From the NCBI RefSeq assembly GCF_006345805.1, contig NC_043005.1, positions 97,588,001 through 97,652,000 on the forward strand: a stretch of 64,000 bases of DNA. Reading direction: 5' to 3'. The translations under genes and the position numbers were made by a program. Each line of letters opens with the position of its first letter. Within the stretch, counting starts at the first letter, position 1. A model generated the notes under the pieces. The model had not been told where the DNA came from and searched no databases. It saw nothing but the letters and a program-made list of their open reading frames with translations. Source of the DNA: Octopus sinensis. Lineage: Eukaryota. Below, piece after piece: positions 51,704-64,000 of the stretch.

Positions 51704-53704
51704 TTAAAGCATTGCTAACTCTACTACAACAGTTTCATATCACCATGCTTAGTTGGGATGTTGTCCAATCCACAAGGTTGCATTAGATTTTCATGTTCCC
51801 AATATGATTTCTGGGTTCAAGAATGTTGGAATTGCTTCTCTACTTCTCAAAGCAATACTTGCGGCTTCCTCATCTGTGCCAATAAAGAAGCCTTTATGCA
51901 GTCATTTGACTTGCCAGAAATAGCAGCCAAATCTTTTTGTATTAAACTTGATTGTCTTAAGGAAAGCATGGGATAATGCAGTGCTGGTTACATTATACCA
52001 GAACAAAAAAAAAAAGCCAGGGTGGCTATGACTGGAATATTTTTCATCATAGATTTGCTCAGGAACTGAACAACTCCATATCCTCCTCTTCTTAAATAAT
52101 GGTTCTACTTTTACTGCCCTCAGCCTGAACATTCTACACATTAACTTTATTTTGTGCAAGAAGATATTTTTACATTAGAGATAGGGTTCCATTTGTACTA
52201 CATCCATTTTACCATGCTAGTGTGAGTTAGAGGAATACATATTGAGATGTTTTAGAGCCAGCTGCTCTTTCAATTGCTAACCCTTACCTGTTTTTCAAAT
52301 GACTGAGATTTTATCACACTCACCTTCAAAAGTATGGCATTACTGAATAATTTGCAAAAGGAAACTAACAGCAGACAATGCCATCTGCAGCTCAGCAATA
52401 TTCACAAAGTCACACACACATATATGCGTGATGGATTTTGAACAGTTTCTGTCAATAACTTCACAAAAGCATTACATCCTGGGGCTACAGTAGAAGACAC
52501 TTGGCTAAGGAGTTGTGCAGTGGAACTAAACCCAAAACCACACGACTGCAAAATAAATTCTTAACTACACAGTCACGACCGTCTATTTTGTGTTCATTAC
52601 CTGTTTTCTTATCAACAACAAGTTGGTTTGACTGAATTTTATGCAACTTGTAAGCAAGAAGTCAAGTTGTTATGAATTCCTTTTGAAGACAGATATCCAA
52701 GTGTCCTGTGTCTTTACTCTTCAGTTTTGTGACCAGGGTATTTATGTACACAAATGTAATATATTCAAATGTCTCTAAAATAGCTTATCAGAATCTCTTG
52801 TAATGAATGCTTACCATCAATCTGTCTCAAGGTTGTTCAACCTGATAAAAATAGTAATCAAATCTCCCACAAATAACCACCAACATTCTCAAAATCAGGA
52901 GAAATGCAGAGATGTATGTGTGTGTGTGTGGGGGGGAGTAATGTAGGCCCTGATATATGCATTAAACAAAGACAAAATGATCACGGCTTCACTACTTTTA
53001 TTCAGATATCTGCTCAATCAGGACTGGCCTGAGGCTAAATAAAATACCACTGACCTACTTCTAGGTCTTCACTTCTGACTGAAAATACTGGTTGTAAAGT
53101 GTTATGGTCTGTATAAACAGTCTGGTCCTTAAATTCTATAGATTACCTTAACCACATCAATTACACTCCCTATAAAAGTAAAGCTGTATGTCCTCACTTC
53201 TCTCAATGTTCTCGAAGTCAGATAAGTCAAGTTGAGTATTGACATTAACCCCATCTGAGTTGCCAAATATTTTACTTAACACCACACAGTATTCATGTTA
53301 TGTACATTCAATAATGTGCGAGTAGTATAGGGCATATGAATCATTTCATATAACGAATATTTGTTGATTAACAATAATAGTTAAGGCCAGCAAACAGGAG
53401 CGGAAGATAAGCAAAGTCAGAGATGACCAACTCATACAAATCCTGAAATAGCTCCTCTGGTTAGAATAAATTTGCCAGAATAAGCAGAATGACCATTACT
53501 TGGTGGGAAAGCAACATGATCCAAATAAACCTGGGTTAGCTCTGCTCTATGCTGCATTTTCTTGCCTCTAAATAACTGTTGGCCCAGAAAATTCTAGAAT
53601 CCATTTGGCGACAAAACTTGTATGCTTCCTCTGAAGTTACTACCTTTGCCATAAATAAATCAGCCAGTGGCGATAAGTCAAACCCAGATTCATGTAGGTT
53701 TTAA

Positions 53705-54779
53705 CCCTTTCGTTACCAAACCGCCCAAAGCTGACTGAAAAAAATTTTGGTTTATGAGACCAAACCGCCCAAATTTACCTATTCATATTTAAATGAGAAT
53801 ATCAGAGCAAATCTCTTCAGTCCATTCGTGAAAACACGTATTATACTTCGTAAACAGTTCAACTACAGTTTTGTACAATAATGGAAGTGTAATTTTAATT
53901 CCGTGAATTTTGGGAGATTTTTTTCCGAAATTTGTTCCTATTGTATTTTCAAAATTTATAATTCTGACAAAAAATGGATACAAATTTCATTATATCAAGC
54001 AGCGAGTCAGAATTCGAAGGATTTTCTACTGAAGACCTTCATAAATCTAACTCTATGACTGAAAAAAAAAAGCACGTGGTATTTGATAATGAATCTGATG
54101 TTTCATTTTCTGAAAGTGAAAACAGTGAATCTGAGATCTCCGACAGCGATAAAGAAAACGAATTGGCACCTGAATGGAGTGAAAATTTAAAAACTGTTTC
54201 TTTCGGTGGTTTTTCTGAAGAAACTGGACCAAGCCACAGACTTTCCCAGAAGGGTAAAGCCTTAAACTATTTCTATTTACTTTTTCGAATGAGCCTATTT
54301 GAAATCATTACAGCGAAAACGAACCATTACGCTAAACGTAAACAAAGCGAAAGAAACGATAGTTTGTGGTTTCCCACAACCTTAAATGAAATTAAGGCCT
54401 ATTTTGCCGTAAATATTATTATGGGTATCAGAAAGTTACCCAGAATAACAAATTCTATCGTAAAATTTTGTTGTATACCCAATTGAATATTAGCTAATAA
54501 CCCATTTTCTATAGCGATGTTTGAACAAAATTTTAATAATTTTATATTTTGTGGAATTTACCTGTATCTACCTGCAATTAGTCACTTTGTGACAAAAATT
54601 ATAGTATAGAATTAGTTGAGAATATTTCATTAAATTATCTTCCAAAAATCAGATTAATATATCGATAAATAAAAAAGTTATAGTTGTTTAATGAAACCAT
54701 ACTAAATTTATGATTATGTTAGAAATTAATTGAAACACATAAGGGGTGTAATTTGGTCAGAAATATAGTAACGAAAGGG
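53705..54779 (+). mobile_element. Internally deleted piggyBac element
   Basis: TTAA TSDs at 53701-53704 and 54780-54783; 12-bp TIR CCCTTTCGTTAC; subterminal ACCAAACCGCCCAAA twice; 3' end related to family-1 MITEs. Confidence 0.92.
53974..54486 (+). pseudogene. Truncated piggyBac transposase N-terminus (170 aa)
   Basis: Acidic N-terminus, then YFYLLF..LFEIITAKTNHYA..WFPTTLNEIKAYFAVNIIMGIRKLPRI; ends at the internal deletion before the DDD domain. Confidence 0.88.
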
Positions 54780-57040
54780 TTAAGGCAACTCTTTTCTCTT
54801 TATGGATATATATTATGTCCTGATTGTAGATTGGGAAAATCTGAGAACTAAGGTTAAAATCTTAAAAGGAAAACAAAAAATATATATACTTCTTTATAGT
54901 AATTCTAGCTGATGTACATATCCACCTTCTTTTCTGCCAATGCATAAGCATTGTTTTAAGGAAACAAGGTGTAACTGATCTTTAACAATATCAATATTCT
55001 ATCAAGCTAAGATAGGGCAAAAACAAAAATCAACGGAGATTTGATTTAAAACTAGTTATCAGCTTATTTATCATAAGCATAAAATATCCAGTCAGTATTT
55101 TAACAGTCCTAGACACGAACAGTCTAACAGTCAAAAACTATATATAATTAAAGAAAATTAAAATACTCAAGTAAGTACATTTAATAAAATATTTCATAAT
55201 AGGTCTCTAAAAATTGCTTATAAAAAGCTAATATATATTATTTAATATCTAGAACTACATTTTACCATTTTGATCTGAGACATTTATGGAGAAGAAAATT
55301 AAAAAAATAATAAAACACGAAATATATACATATTCATTATTTGATAGAAACCCAAATTTTAATGATTTAATAGAATGAAAATAAACAGTCTATATAAATA
55401 AAATTAGTAAAAACTAATTAAATAAAAGAAAATTTTTTTTACTAAATTAGCAATAGAAGGGAATATTTAAAAATGTAATACAATAGACATTAATGATTCA
55501 AAACGAGCTCATATATTTGATTTGCTTTTCAGCTTTCACCAATAGCTAAGATAGCAGATTGCAGTTTATGAAAAGTAAGCAAATAAATGAAAATCTACAA
55601 TGAGTTGCAAACAAATTGCTAGTCTACATTAAAACGACAACGATGATAGCAAGCTCCTTCAAGCTAGAAGCCCACATACTGAATTTGTTGACTATAACTG
55701 AGCATTTGGAGTCATTTTTTTTCCCTCTCTAAATCAATTATTGAATTGCACAATAATATCCTTGATTACATTTACAGAAGACAGTAAAGAATAACAATAA
55801 CATTACTACCACCACCAACAAATACACTTTCAAAATACATGAACAGTATATAAAAGACTGATATGTGCTTTTAGTCGTTTTTTTTTTTTTTTTTAATGGA
55901 ATCAGGCATCCACTTGGTGTAAACTAGAACTATAAATAGAAAAGAGGTGAACTTGTAATTCGTTTTATATTGATTTTTCTTAGAAAGGCACAAGAACATA
56001 GATTAACAACATAAAGGATGGAAAATGGGATCATGTGATGTTCATGCTTTTCTCAAGTGCATTTACGAAATGAGTGAAATGACTGCAAATATGAATCGGT
56101 GCCAAAAATTCATTTTAGATATTAAATAAAATTGATGATGGATATCTTTAGCAAATAGTGAATAACTTAATATTTGCCTTTAAAGAATGAAAAATTGAAG
56201 GGAAAAATAACGATACTGTATGAATAGAGTATATTTAATATGGCTGGCAGTTCATCCTCATCAGTTTAATATTTTTGTTTCATACTAGCAACAACGGCCA
56301 AATGATTGTGTTGATATTCCAGCCCACAGAGTTATGTACTTTAACAGTACACCAAGAGGTTGTCATCAAATCATCTTTTCAAATCAATGAAAAAGTTTCT
56401 ACACCAGCAATTCTCAAATGTGGCATCCTTCCAGTAGCCCTCAATGGTCTTTCCCCTCTACAAATATAGTAAATTCTTCTTTAACTGACTCGTGTTTTAC
56501 TTTTTTTGGTGTGACCCCCAAAACAGAAATCCAGGCTTTGGATCTGGCTCAGATTTTAAAAAGATTAACACTTGACTTGCTAAAAATAGCAGTCTAATTT
56601 TTTATAAACCAAAACCTATTCTTAATATATACATACACACACACACACAGCAAGCGACACTGTCTGGAGAAAAAAGTTGGGATGGTTACCGCTGGTATGC
56701 TTTTGATCTACATACCAGCTGTAACCATCTGCTCTAACAGGAAGGAATGGCCAGGGACTAAACCTTATAGCTAAGCCCAGCCTTACAAGAACCTACAGTC
56801 TCTAGAGGCATTCACATATATAATATAGCATAGACAGATAGTACAACAGTGTTTTCATATGGCTTCAATGTGTCTGAATTATCTTACTCCATCACAAGTC
56901 TTCTTTAACTAAAGTCAGTCAACATGTCTCAGTGCAGCTTATAGCATGTAGCAACCAATGCTCAAGATCCTCGTTCACTTGTTAGACATATTATATTCAG
57001 CTTCTCTTTTTATTGTTTCTGAACTATTTTGTTACATATA

Positions 57041-57357
57041 ACCCACGCTAGCATGGAAAGCGGACGTTAAACGATGATGATATATATATACACATACTGT
57101 GCTTGAGGAGACCTATTGAGTCAAGTACATCAACATCAAAAAATCAAATGGAAATTGTAGTTGCGATACCTGTGCCGGTGGCACATAAAAAGCACCCACT
57201 ACACTCACAGAGTGGTTGGTGTTAGGAAGGGCATCCAGCTGTAGAAACACTGCCAGATAAGACTGGAGCCTGGTGCAGCCTCCTGGCTTCCCAGACCCCG
57301 GTCGAACCGTCCAACCCATGCTAGCATGGAAAACGGATGTTAAACAATGATGATGAT
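57041..57357 (+). mobile_element. Two tandem RTE 3' tails (very short 57041-57080; longer ~57097-57357)
   Basis: Both end GCTAGCATGGAAA..GTTAAAC(G/A)ATGATGAT. Confidence 0.85.
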
Positions 57358-59883
57358 CTTCTAAGATCCACCCTATTTTGAATTTTACAAACACAATTAG
57401 GTTTTTCTGTATCCAATGATTATTTGTAAGGTGGTTTCTGTTTTTTAAATACATTTGAATTATTTTATCTTCAGTGATCTATGTAACTTCCCACTTCAAA
57501 TTATCTTCACAACCTAATAATACATTTAGCATATCTTCAAGGTGATGAATTAGCAGAATGGTTTTTGTTCCAACTGTCGCCATTATGGTTAATGAAAATG
57601 TACCAATTCAGGGTAGGAGAAATTTTAGAGCGTTGAGCAAGATGCCTCATTGCATTTGTCCCAGCTATTTGTGTTCTGACAACAATACCTGTAATAACAC
57701 TACTCTGGAGTTGTATCAGCCCAAGTTGGTGGCCTTTCCTTGGTTACACATCAGCATCATGGAGAGGAGAGATTTGCATGCCTGAATAACTTCTGGTCTT
57801 ACCATGGCCTACACACACACACACACACACGTGCAGATGCATAGAAAACCTTAAGTAATGAGGGCACTTATGGTGTTTGTTAAATGCTTCACTATGCTTG
57901 TGTGTACAACTTCTAATACAATGAATCAGGACTGGCATCATGTCTAAGAGACAGAATTCTCTGAAGCAACTTATTTTAATAGTCTTAAAATAAACAAGAT
58001 TTTAAAAATAGATTAAAAATAATTAAAGGCTAACCATTTCTCTTTAATTTTGACATTAGGATATAATGAAAAGGACAAATAAAAGTTGGTGTAAAGAATC
58101 TAAAGCTACAACCAAAAAGAAAAAAAATTGATTTGAATTACAATTCATTTTGAAGGAATGGTACAATTTCCATTGTTAGAATTAAAAACCTTCTAATATT
58201 TCTACTACTAATTTTAAAGAAGACAACACTGTCTTAGACCTTAAGACAGACATTATCTTCATGGTTGAATAGTTAACATTAAGAAAGATGTCTAGCTGCA
58301 GAATATTATTTGTATTTCCAACTTAGCCATTCTAGGTAATTCTATAAATAATCTAAATTATTAATACAGTGTCACTTAAAACAGAGATCCATTGATTTCA
58401 AAATGTCTTTATGCTAATTCTTCAAACTATTTTTTTTACTCGATAGCCACACTGATGTAAACTATTTTCACAAATAGCCACATAGGTTTGGTGTATATGC
58501 AATCGTGTGCATAGGATACTGCACCTCATCATAGAATCACAAATTAGAGATGTTGAAGGAGCTTATACATGGTTACTTGACTTGCAAGAAATAACAGCCA
58601 CATCTCTATCACAGCAAGCACCATTGCCTTAAACAAGACACACTGACCCTTAGAAATCTCTAATAAGATGGAATTTGTCATTACTGGAATGCTTTTATTA
58701 TAAGTTTTTCTCAATCAATAACAAATTAAGCAGCAATAACAAATTAACTATAAAAGAGACATTCTGTTTATCTCTAAGTCTTAGTTATAAGAAGTAAAAA
58801 AAAACAAATGAGGAGAAGGCATGTTGTAAAAAAAAAAGAAAGTTTAGACAATCTCAAACCAAAAGCATCAATGCCAAAAATATTGTGGTTTTTTTGGTAC
58901 ACTCAGTCAATACAAATTTTGGCATTGTTTCAGTCATATGAGTAATACAAGTGATGGCAATAATGGCACACATAGTATCTCAAGAAACTATTTCATAGGA
59001 AAAATAATTTCTTTCTCTGATCTTGTCTTATGAATTGAAACGAATAAAAAAAAGCATTCTGAGATCTGACAAACAAAAGAACAATTCCTCATTGTGAAGA
59101 ATTCTTTGTAGCAGATAATAGATATGGCAGTTTCCATAAGTGACAAGTAGAGTCGATGACTGGAGTGACCCTAGAATATTGTTAGAACTTATATCATCAT
59201 GCTAAAAGGGAGAGAGAGAGAGAGAGCTACAGGTAAAATTGATTCTTGCAAGATCTGAAGTCTGACTATAGGAATTTTATTGAATGCTTCACTTTCTCCA
59301 ACTCACTGCTTTTGCATCATAAAGAGTGTTATAAACAAATTAAAATTAACATTTCTGGACATATTAAATAAATGTAGCAAATCAAACAGTAAAAACATGA
59401 AAAATGAGAGAAAAATAGATGGAAATTACGTAACAGCAATGTCTAAGAGGGAGAGAAGAGAGAGGAAAAGAAGAAATAGTATGGTGCTTAGACTATTTAC
59501 AAAAATGAAAAAACAACAGAAGAAACATTCTTTTTTGAAAGATATTAGAAATTTGATATTAACATCTAAGTAGTGTCAGCAACAACTATCCAAAATAATA
59601 TATAGTAGCAATATTTCTGATGTAATGTGTCAGTGGAAGAAATGACTTGATATACTATTTATAAACACTTCCTATTATTTATTTATTTATGGTTAGGTCA
59701 GAGGACAGCAGAGATAAGCTGTTTTGAATTAGAGCAACAGGATAGATAACTGGGATATGGTTGGGATTATAGTTTGTCTTTAATGTTCTCAAGAAAGGCA
59801 TGAACGGCACAACCTTCCCTCATTTACTCCTCTTCTAAAATAATGGTTCTTTAAGTGAAGACAGAAAAGAAATGGAAGATTTT

Positions 59884-61197
59884 TATTAGATACAACTTGT
59901 CCAAATGTTGCTGAATTGTTTATTCTTTATTTTCATATATAACATAAAAAACATTAATTGATTATTCTATATTTTACAGCTTTGATAATGAGTGGTCATA
60001 AAATTGCAATTAGAGCCATTTACACTATCCATGAAACAAAGGACTGAGTGCAAGGGCAGCACAAAAAACAAATTAACGATGTTGAAGAAGACTCGGGAAC
60101 TGTCAGCAAATGTGCGGAACAAAACTGGTTCAGATGTTTCAAGGAAGGCGACACTAGCCTCAAAGACAAACCAAACTCAAGGAGACCTGTTGTAGCAGAT
60201 GAGGTCCTGTTTGAAATGGTTGATCAACAGCCAAGCATAGGCACTCATACATTGTTGTCAGAATCTGGTCCTTCACAAAGCACCATCAATTGACACCTCC
60301 ATAAGCTCAGCCTTGCAAACAGATGCTTTTGAGAAGCTTCTCATGAACTAACCAATGACCAGGCACAACAACTGCTGGCAAATCCTTGAGATGCTTGCTC
60401 TTGGTATCAAATTGCAAATGGGCATGAAAAAATGGATCTACTTTAGTAATCCTAAGAAAAATCAGTGGCTTCAGAACTTTTTGTCAAACAAGGATGGTTT
60501 GAACAGAAGGTCAGGTTGAGTTTGGTGCTATGTTGAGAAGATGGTGCACTTTGAGTTCGTCCTCGATGGTCAAGCTGTGATTGCGAATCTTTACATGCTC
60601 AACAGCTGCTGTGAGTAAATGATAAGCAAGAAAGGTGAATGACCATTATTTGGTTGGAAAGCAACATGATCCAAATAAACCTGGGTTAGCTCTGCTCTAT
60701 GCTGCATTTTCTTGCCTCTAATGCTCAATGCTCAAGTCTACTGTCAGCAATTAGAGCGTTTGAACCAAGCTTTAAAGAAAAAAAAAGACCCACTTTAGTG
60801 AATCGATAAGTAGTGATGTTTCATTAGGACAATGTGCGACCCCACACTTCAAAAATCACATCACAGAAGATTGAAGAGCTTGGTTGGGAAAAAATTCCTC
60901 ATCCACCTTATTCTCCCGACCTTGCTCCTTCAGACTACCATTTGTTTCATAGTTTACAGAATCATTTGGGGGACATAACTTTCGCAAGCCAGGAGGAGGT
61001 TGAAACTGACATTTCAGAGTTCATTGCTTTGAAACCGAAAGAGTTTTACATTGATGGGATTAAAAAGCTTGTAAATAGATGGAAGGAAGTCATAGATAAT
61101 CAGGGAAAGTACATTGATGATTAAATTTCAATTAAATAACATTTGATCTCTTGTTTTCTTTATTCAAAATTCGGACAGAACTTATGGGATGACCTGA
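59884..61197 (+). mobile_element. Degenerate, apparently chimeric mariner
   Basis: NWFRCFKEGDTSLKDKP.SRRP (60048-60293), DNVRPH, HPPYSPDLAPSDYHLF (60834-61124). Right TIR ends GAACTTATGGGATGACCTGA|TA; the left end matches it poorly; 85-bp insert at 60637-60721. Confidence 0.88.
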
Positions 61198-63226
61198 TAT
61201 TTGAAACTTGCTATAATTGAAGACCTAGTCTTAAATTGCTAATAAGAGAATATAATGAAAACTGCTTAAAACTGAAATTATACAGGTTAAAGTATCTATA
61301 TAAAAAAAAACAAAAAAACAGAAAGCCAAGGTTTTTGACACCATTAATACAAACTAAATACAGGAAAAATATTTTCCTTAAGAATGTGTGTAACAGTTTC
61401 AGTAGATGTAAAACCATAAGTTCCCTCCAACTTTCATTGCTAAATTGATATTTCAAGACTTGACTATCCCATATTTACTGAGAAATTTAAAATTTGAAAA
61501 CATGTGGTCCCCATCTAAAATCTTAGCAAGGAAGTTTGTTGGGTAGGCTGTCTGAAAGCCTGGATACTGAGTAAAGAGTGACTAGCAGTATATCATTAAA
61601 CTCCACGACCAGAATCATGAATTGGTTCACAAAGAAACGAGCCAATCACGAAACAGAAATGCTGCTTTATGTTGCTGATGATTCCATAATGAACCCAATC
61701 CTATTAAGGATGCAACGCAATTGTTTTGATGCAATCAAGCTGCACTTACTGCCTTGACTGTATTCTTTCCTCTCAACAGCAACATTTGTATTCCCCATCA
61801 TCGCAATTGATGTTTACCACTGTTCACACTATTGATCATGTTCAGTCAGTCATGGAAAAAAAAAAATCAATTTTTTTTTTCCCCGATAATCATTTCCTAT
61901 TTTTCTTGTTCCAAATACACTACAGTTCATTTCACCAGTGTTTACTGAAGTAGAGCAAAGAAAGATACACTTGACTGCTCAACTTTTAAGTTCTTGAAGA
62001 GACAAACAGCTTTAAGCTGTGCTCTTCAACAGTTTTCACATTAAGATAAAAGAAACAAATATTTTTAAAGCATTAATAATATTTATCTAAGCTAATTATT
62101 GAGAATACAGGTTCTAAACTACTGCTTGCAAGGTGTCATCAATTCAAGTCATTGAGTTACCTCACTGAGTTGGTCACATTATTTGCCACAATATGAATGG
62201 CTCTCAATATGCACCACTCCTATATTCCACAACTGGTTAAGGATATCACCATTGTTTTCATGTCTACTTTTCCATGTTGGGCAAGCAATGGTTTTCAAGC
62301 AATGGTTCATGGCTGGATGCCTTTCCTGATGCCAGCCCTTTTAGTAATCACTTATGACAATGCAGGGATACAGCATACCTATTTCAAAAACCAAAACACA
62401 CTGGATACACAAAGAGAATTAAAAATACTTAGTAACCATATCAACATGAATCTAAAAAAATATTTTAACTCTTAATATCCTGCTAAAAAATTTCTAAGAA
62501 GCTCAGTAACGACAGAGCAGAAAAATATAATCACAAACGAAAAAGTTAGTATATTCAAATGTTTATAATGTATTTATTAGTGGTTAGATTATGATGGAAA
62601 TTGATAGTATTGCAGAAAGGTCTTAAGTTTTTCAACGTAAACAATCATTTTTGCTAAAAATAAATGCTGCACATATATGATAGTTCATTTATAACTTTGA
62701 ATTAAATATATATACACTCAAGAAAGGTGATAAAAAAAGAAAAGTTGTTAGTAAATAAATTAAATGCAATTATTAACAGGCATGGGCACATAGGCCTCAC
62801 AATAATATATATAAACAAAACACCAATATTTTTTTCTTGACATTTTTTCATTATGAAATTTACAGATAAGCTGAGTTACACCTTTCAGATACAACTTACT
62901 TGTGTGTATGAAAGTTTTGTTTAAAAAAAAAAAATCCAAAAATAAATTGTAAAAGTCCCATAACATGTGGATTTTGATAGAAAACATTACTAAGTGTGTA
63001 TTTAAAATAGTAGGAAGGGATTCAAGTTTTCTCCCTTAGTTTAGAGAGAGTTCATAATTTCCTTTAAAACAATTACAAAGAAGATTCAAGTAGTTTCATG
63101 GGTTCAGAACAGAGATTCGTGTCCTGTTGGACAGATACATGGCATACAAGATGTTAAGGGTTAATCTATGTTAGAAAAGCCAATAAAAATAACTAAAAAT
63201 GTTCTTTGAATTACAATAATTTGTAA

Positions 63227-63563
63227 GTGACAGTCCCGTAAAGGGAATCACACCACCGCTATTTAGCCCTAGGAAGCATCGACGCTTCCTGACGGCTTTG
63301 ACACATTTCTTGTGCCCTTATATTTGCGAAGGGGAGACAAGCACCCCCACCAGCTAGGCCTAGCAGGCCTTGCTACCCTAAACTGATGACGAGCAAGACC
63401 CAGAAACATGCATGTTTTCAGGTGTGAATCCTAGCTGGTGGGGGTGCTTGTCTCCCCCTTCGCAAATATAAGGGCACAGGAAATGTGTCAAAGCCGACAG
63501 GAAGTGTCGATGCTTCCTAGGGCTAAATAGTGGTGGTGTGATTCCCTTTATGGGACTGTCACG
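63227..63563. mobile_element. MITE-like palindromic element with ~132-bp inverted arms
   Basis: Arms 63227-63358 and 63430-63562, 5 substitutions + 1 indel; right end CTGTCACG|TTAA, left TGTAA|GTGACAG. Confidence 0.85.
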
Positions 63564-64000
63564 TTAAGTTGACAGTATACAACTGCTCTATCGTTCCACC
63601 ACCGCTCATATCTCTGAGATATTTAGAAATTTAATATTTCTAAATTTGTAAGTATTTTCTCAGTACTGGAAGAAGTTCTAATAGAGGCCTAAAGACTGAA
63701 ATTTAGGGAGACTCCAGTATACTTTAAGAATGTGAAAATAAAAACTTGTGAATATTTTAAATCAGTTTCTTTTGCAGCACTTCATGCATTTTTTCTTGAA
63801 TTTTTTTTTCTATCTAAATATTGACATTATATAATGCTTGAAATGAATATCTTAATATATATAACCTATACAGTACTGCACTAATTCAGCTGTTTCTTTG
63901 TAGATTGAAAAAAGAAATGACAAACAACTAACCAATTTTTGAATCTTATTGGGTTCTCATCATAGGCATCTACATTGGTTTGACCAATACCAGAGAAACA

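Noticed and set aside
52815-52841. Apparent 27-nt minus-strand microexon (tttatcag|...|gtaagc)
   Set aside because: Overlaps a recurrent repeat fragment (GAAATAGCAGCCAAATCT-like, also near 750-810, 36995-37020 and 58590-58610); no homology to DCAF15.
53198-53254. Candidate first coding exon of DCAF15 (minus: cag|ATG..MGLMSILNLTYLTSRTLRE|gtgagg), phase-compatible with exon 2
   Set aside because: Weak polypyrimidine tract, poor fit to the hydrophobic spacing of the human N-terminal helix, and no promoter-like region nearby; could easily be chance.

Overview
AT-rich, repeat-dense eukaryotic DNA. The SINE/RTE repeat complement suggests an octopod cephalopod (inference, not database-checked). The only host gene I can support is a DCAF15 orthologue (DDB1-CUL4 substrate receptor) on the minus strand. 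It has three internal coding exons, 46242-46124, 38998-38851 and 13714-13611, all with AG/GT boundaries and continuous phase (371 coding nt in 64 kb). The first coding exon and the exons after 13611 were not found, so they probably lie outside the window. The rest is intron filled with mobile elements: RTE LINEs and their 3' tails, tRNA-derived SINEs, Penelope, R4/Dong-like and L2/CR1-like fragments, mariner, pogo-like, piggyBac and Helitron derivatives, and microsatellites. Almost all entries in the ORF track are spurious or TE fragments. The most unusual structures are (1) a ~99.4% identical 955-bp inverted duplication of ordinary intron DNA around a piggyBac remnant (20200-22798), (2) a chimeric mariner joined through an 85-bp patch that also occurs 7 kb away, (3) a PHD-like finger inside the RTE reverse transcriptase, (4) a 42-bp or longer target-site duplication, and (5) two small structured elements with partial ribozyme-like motifs. 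I found no convincing new multi-gene system; the candidates are structural/RNA-level and need testing.
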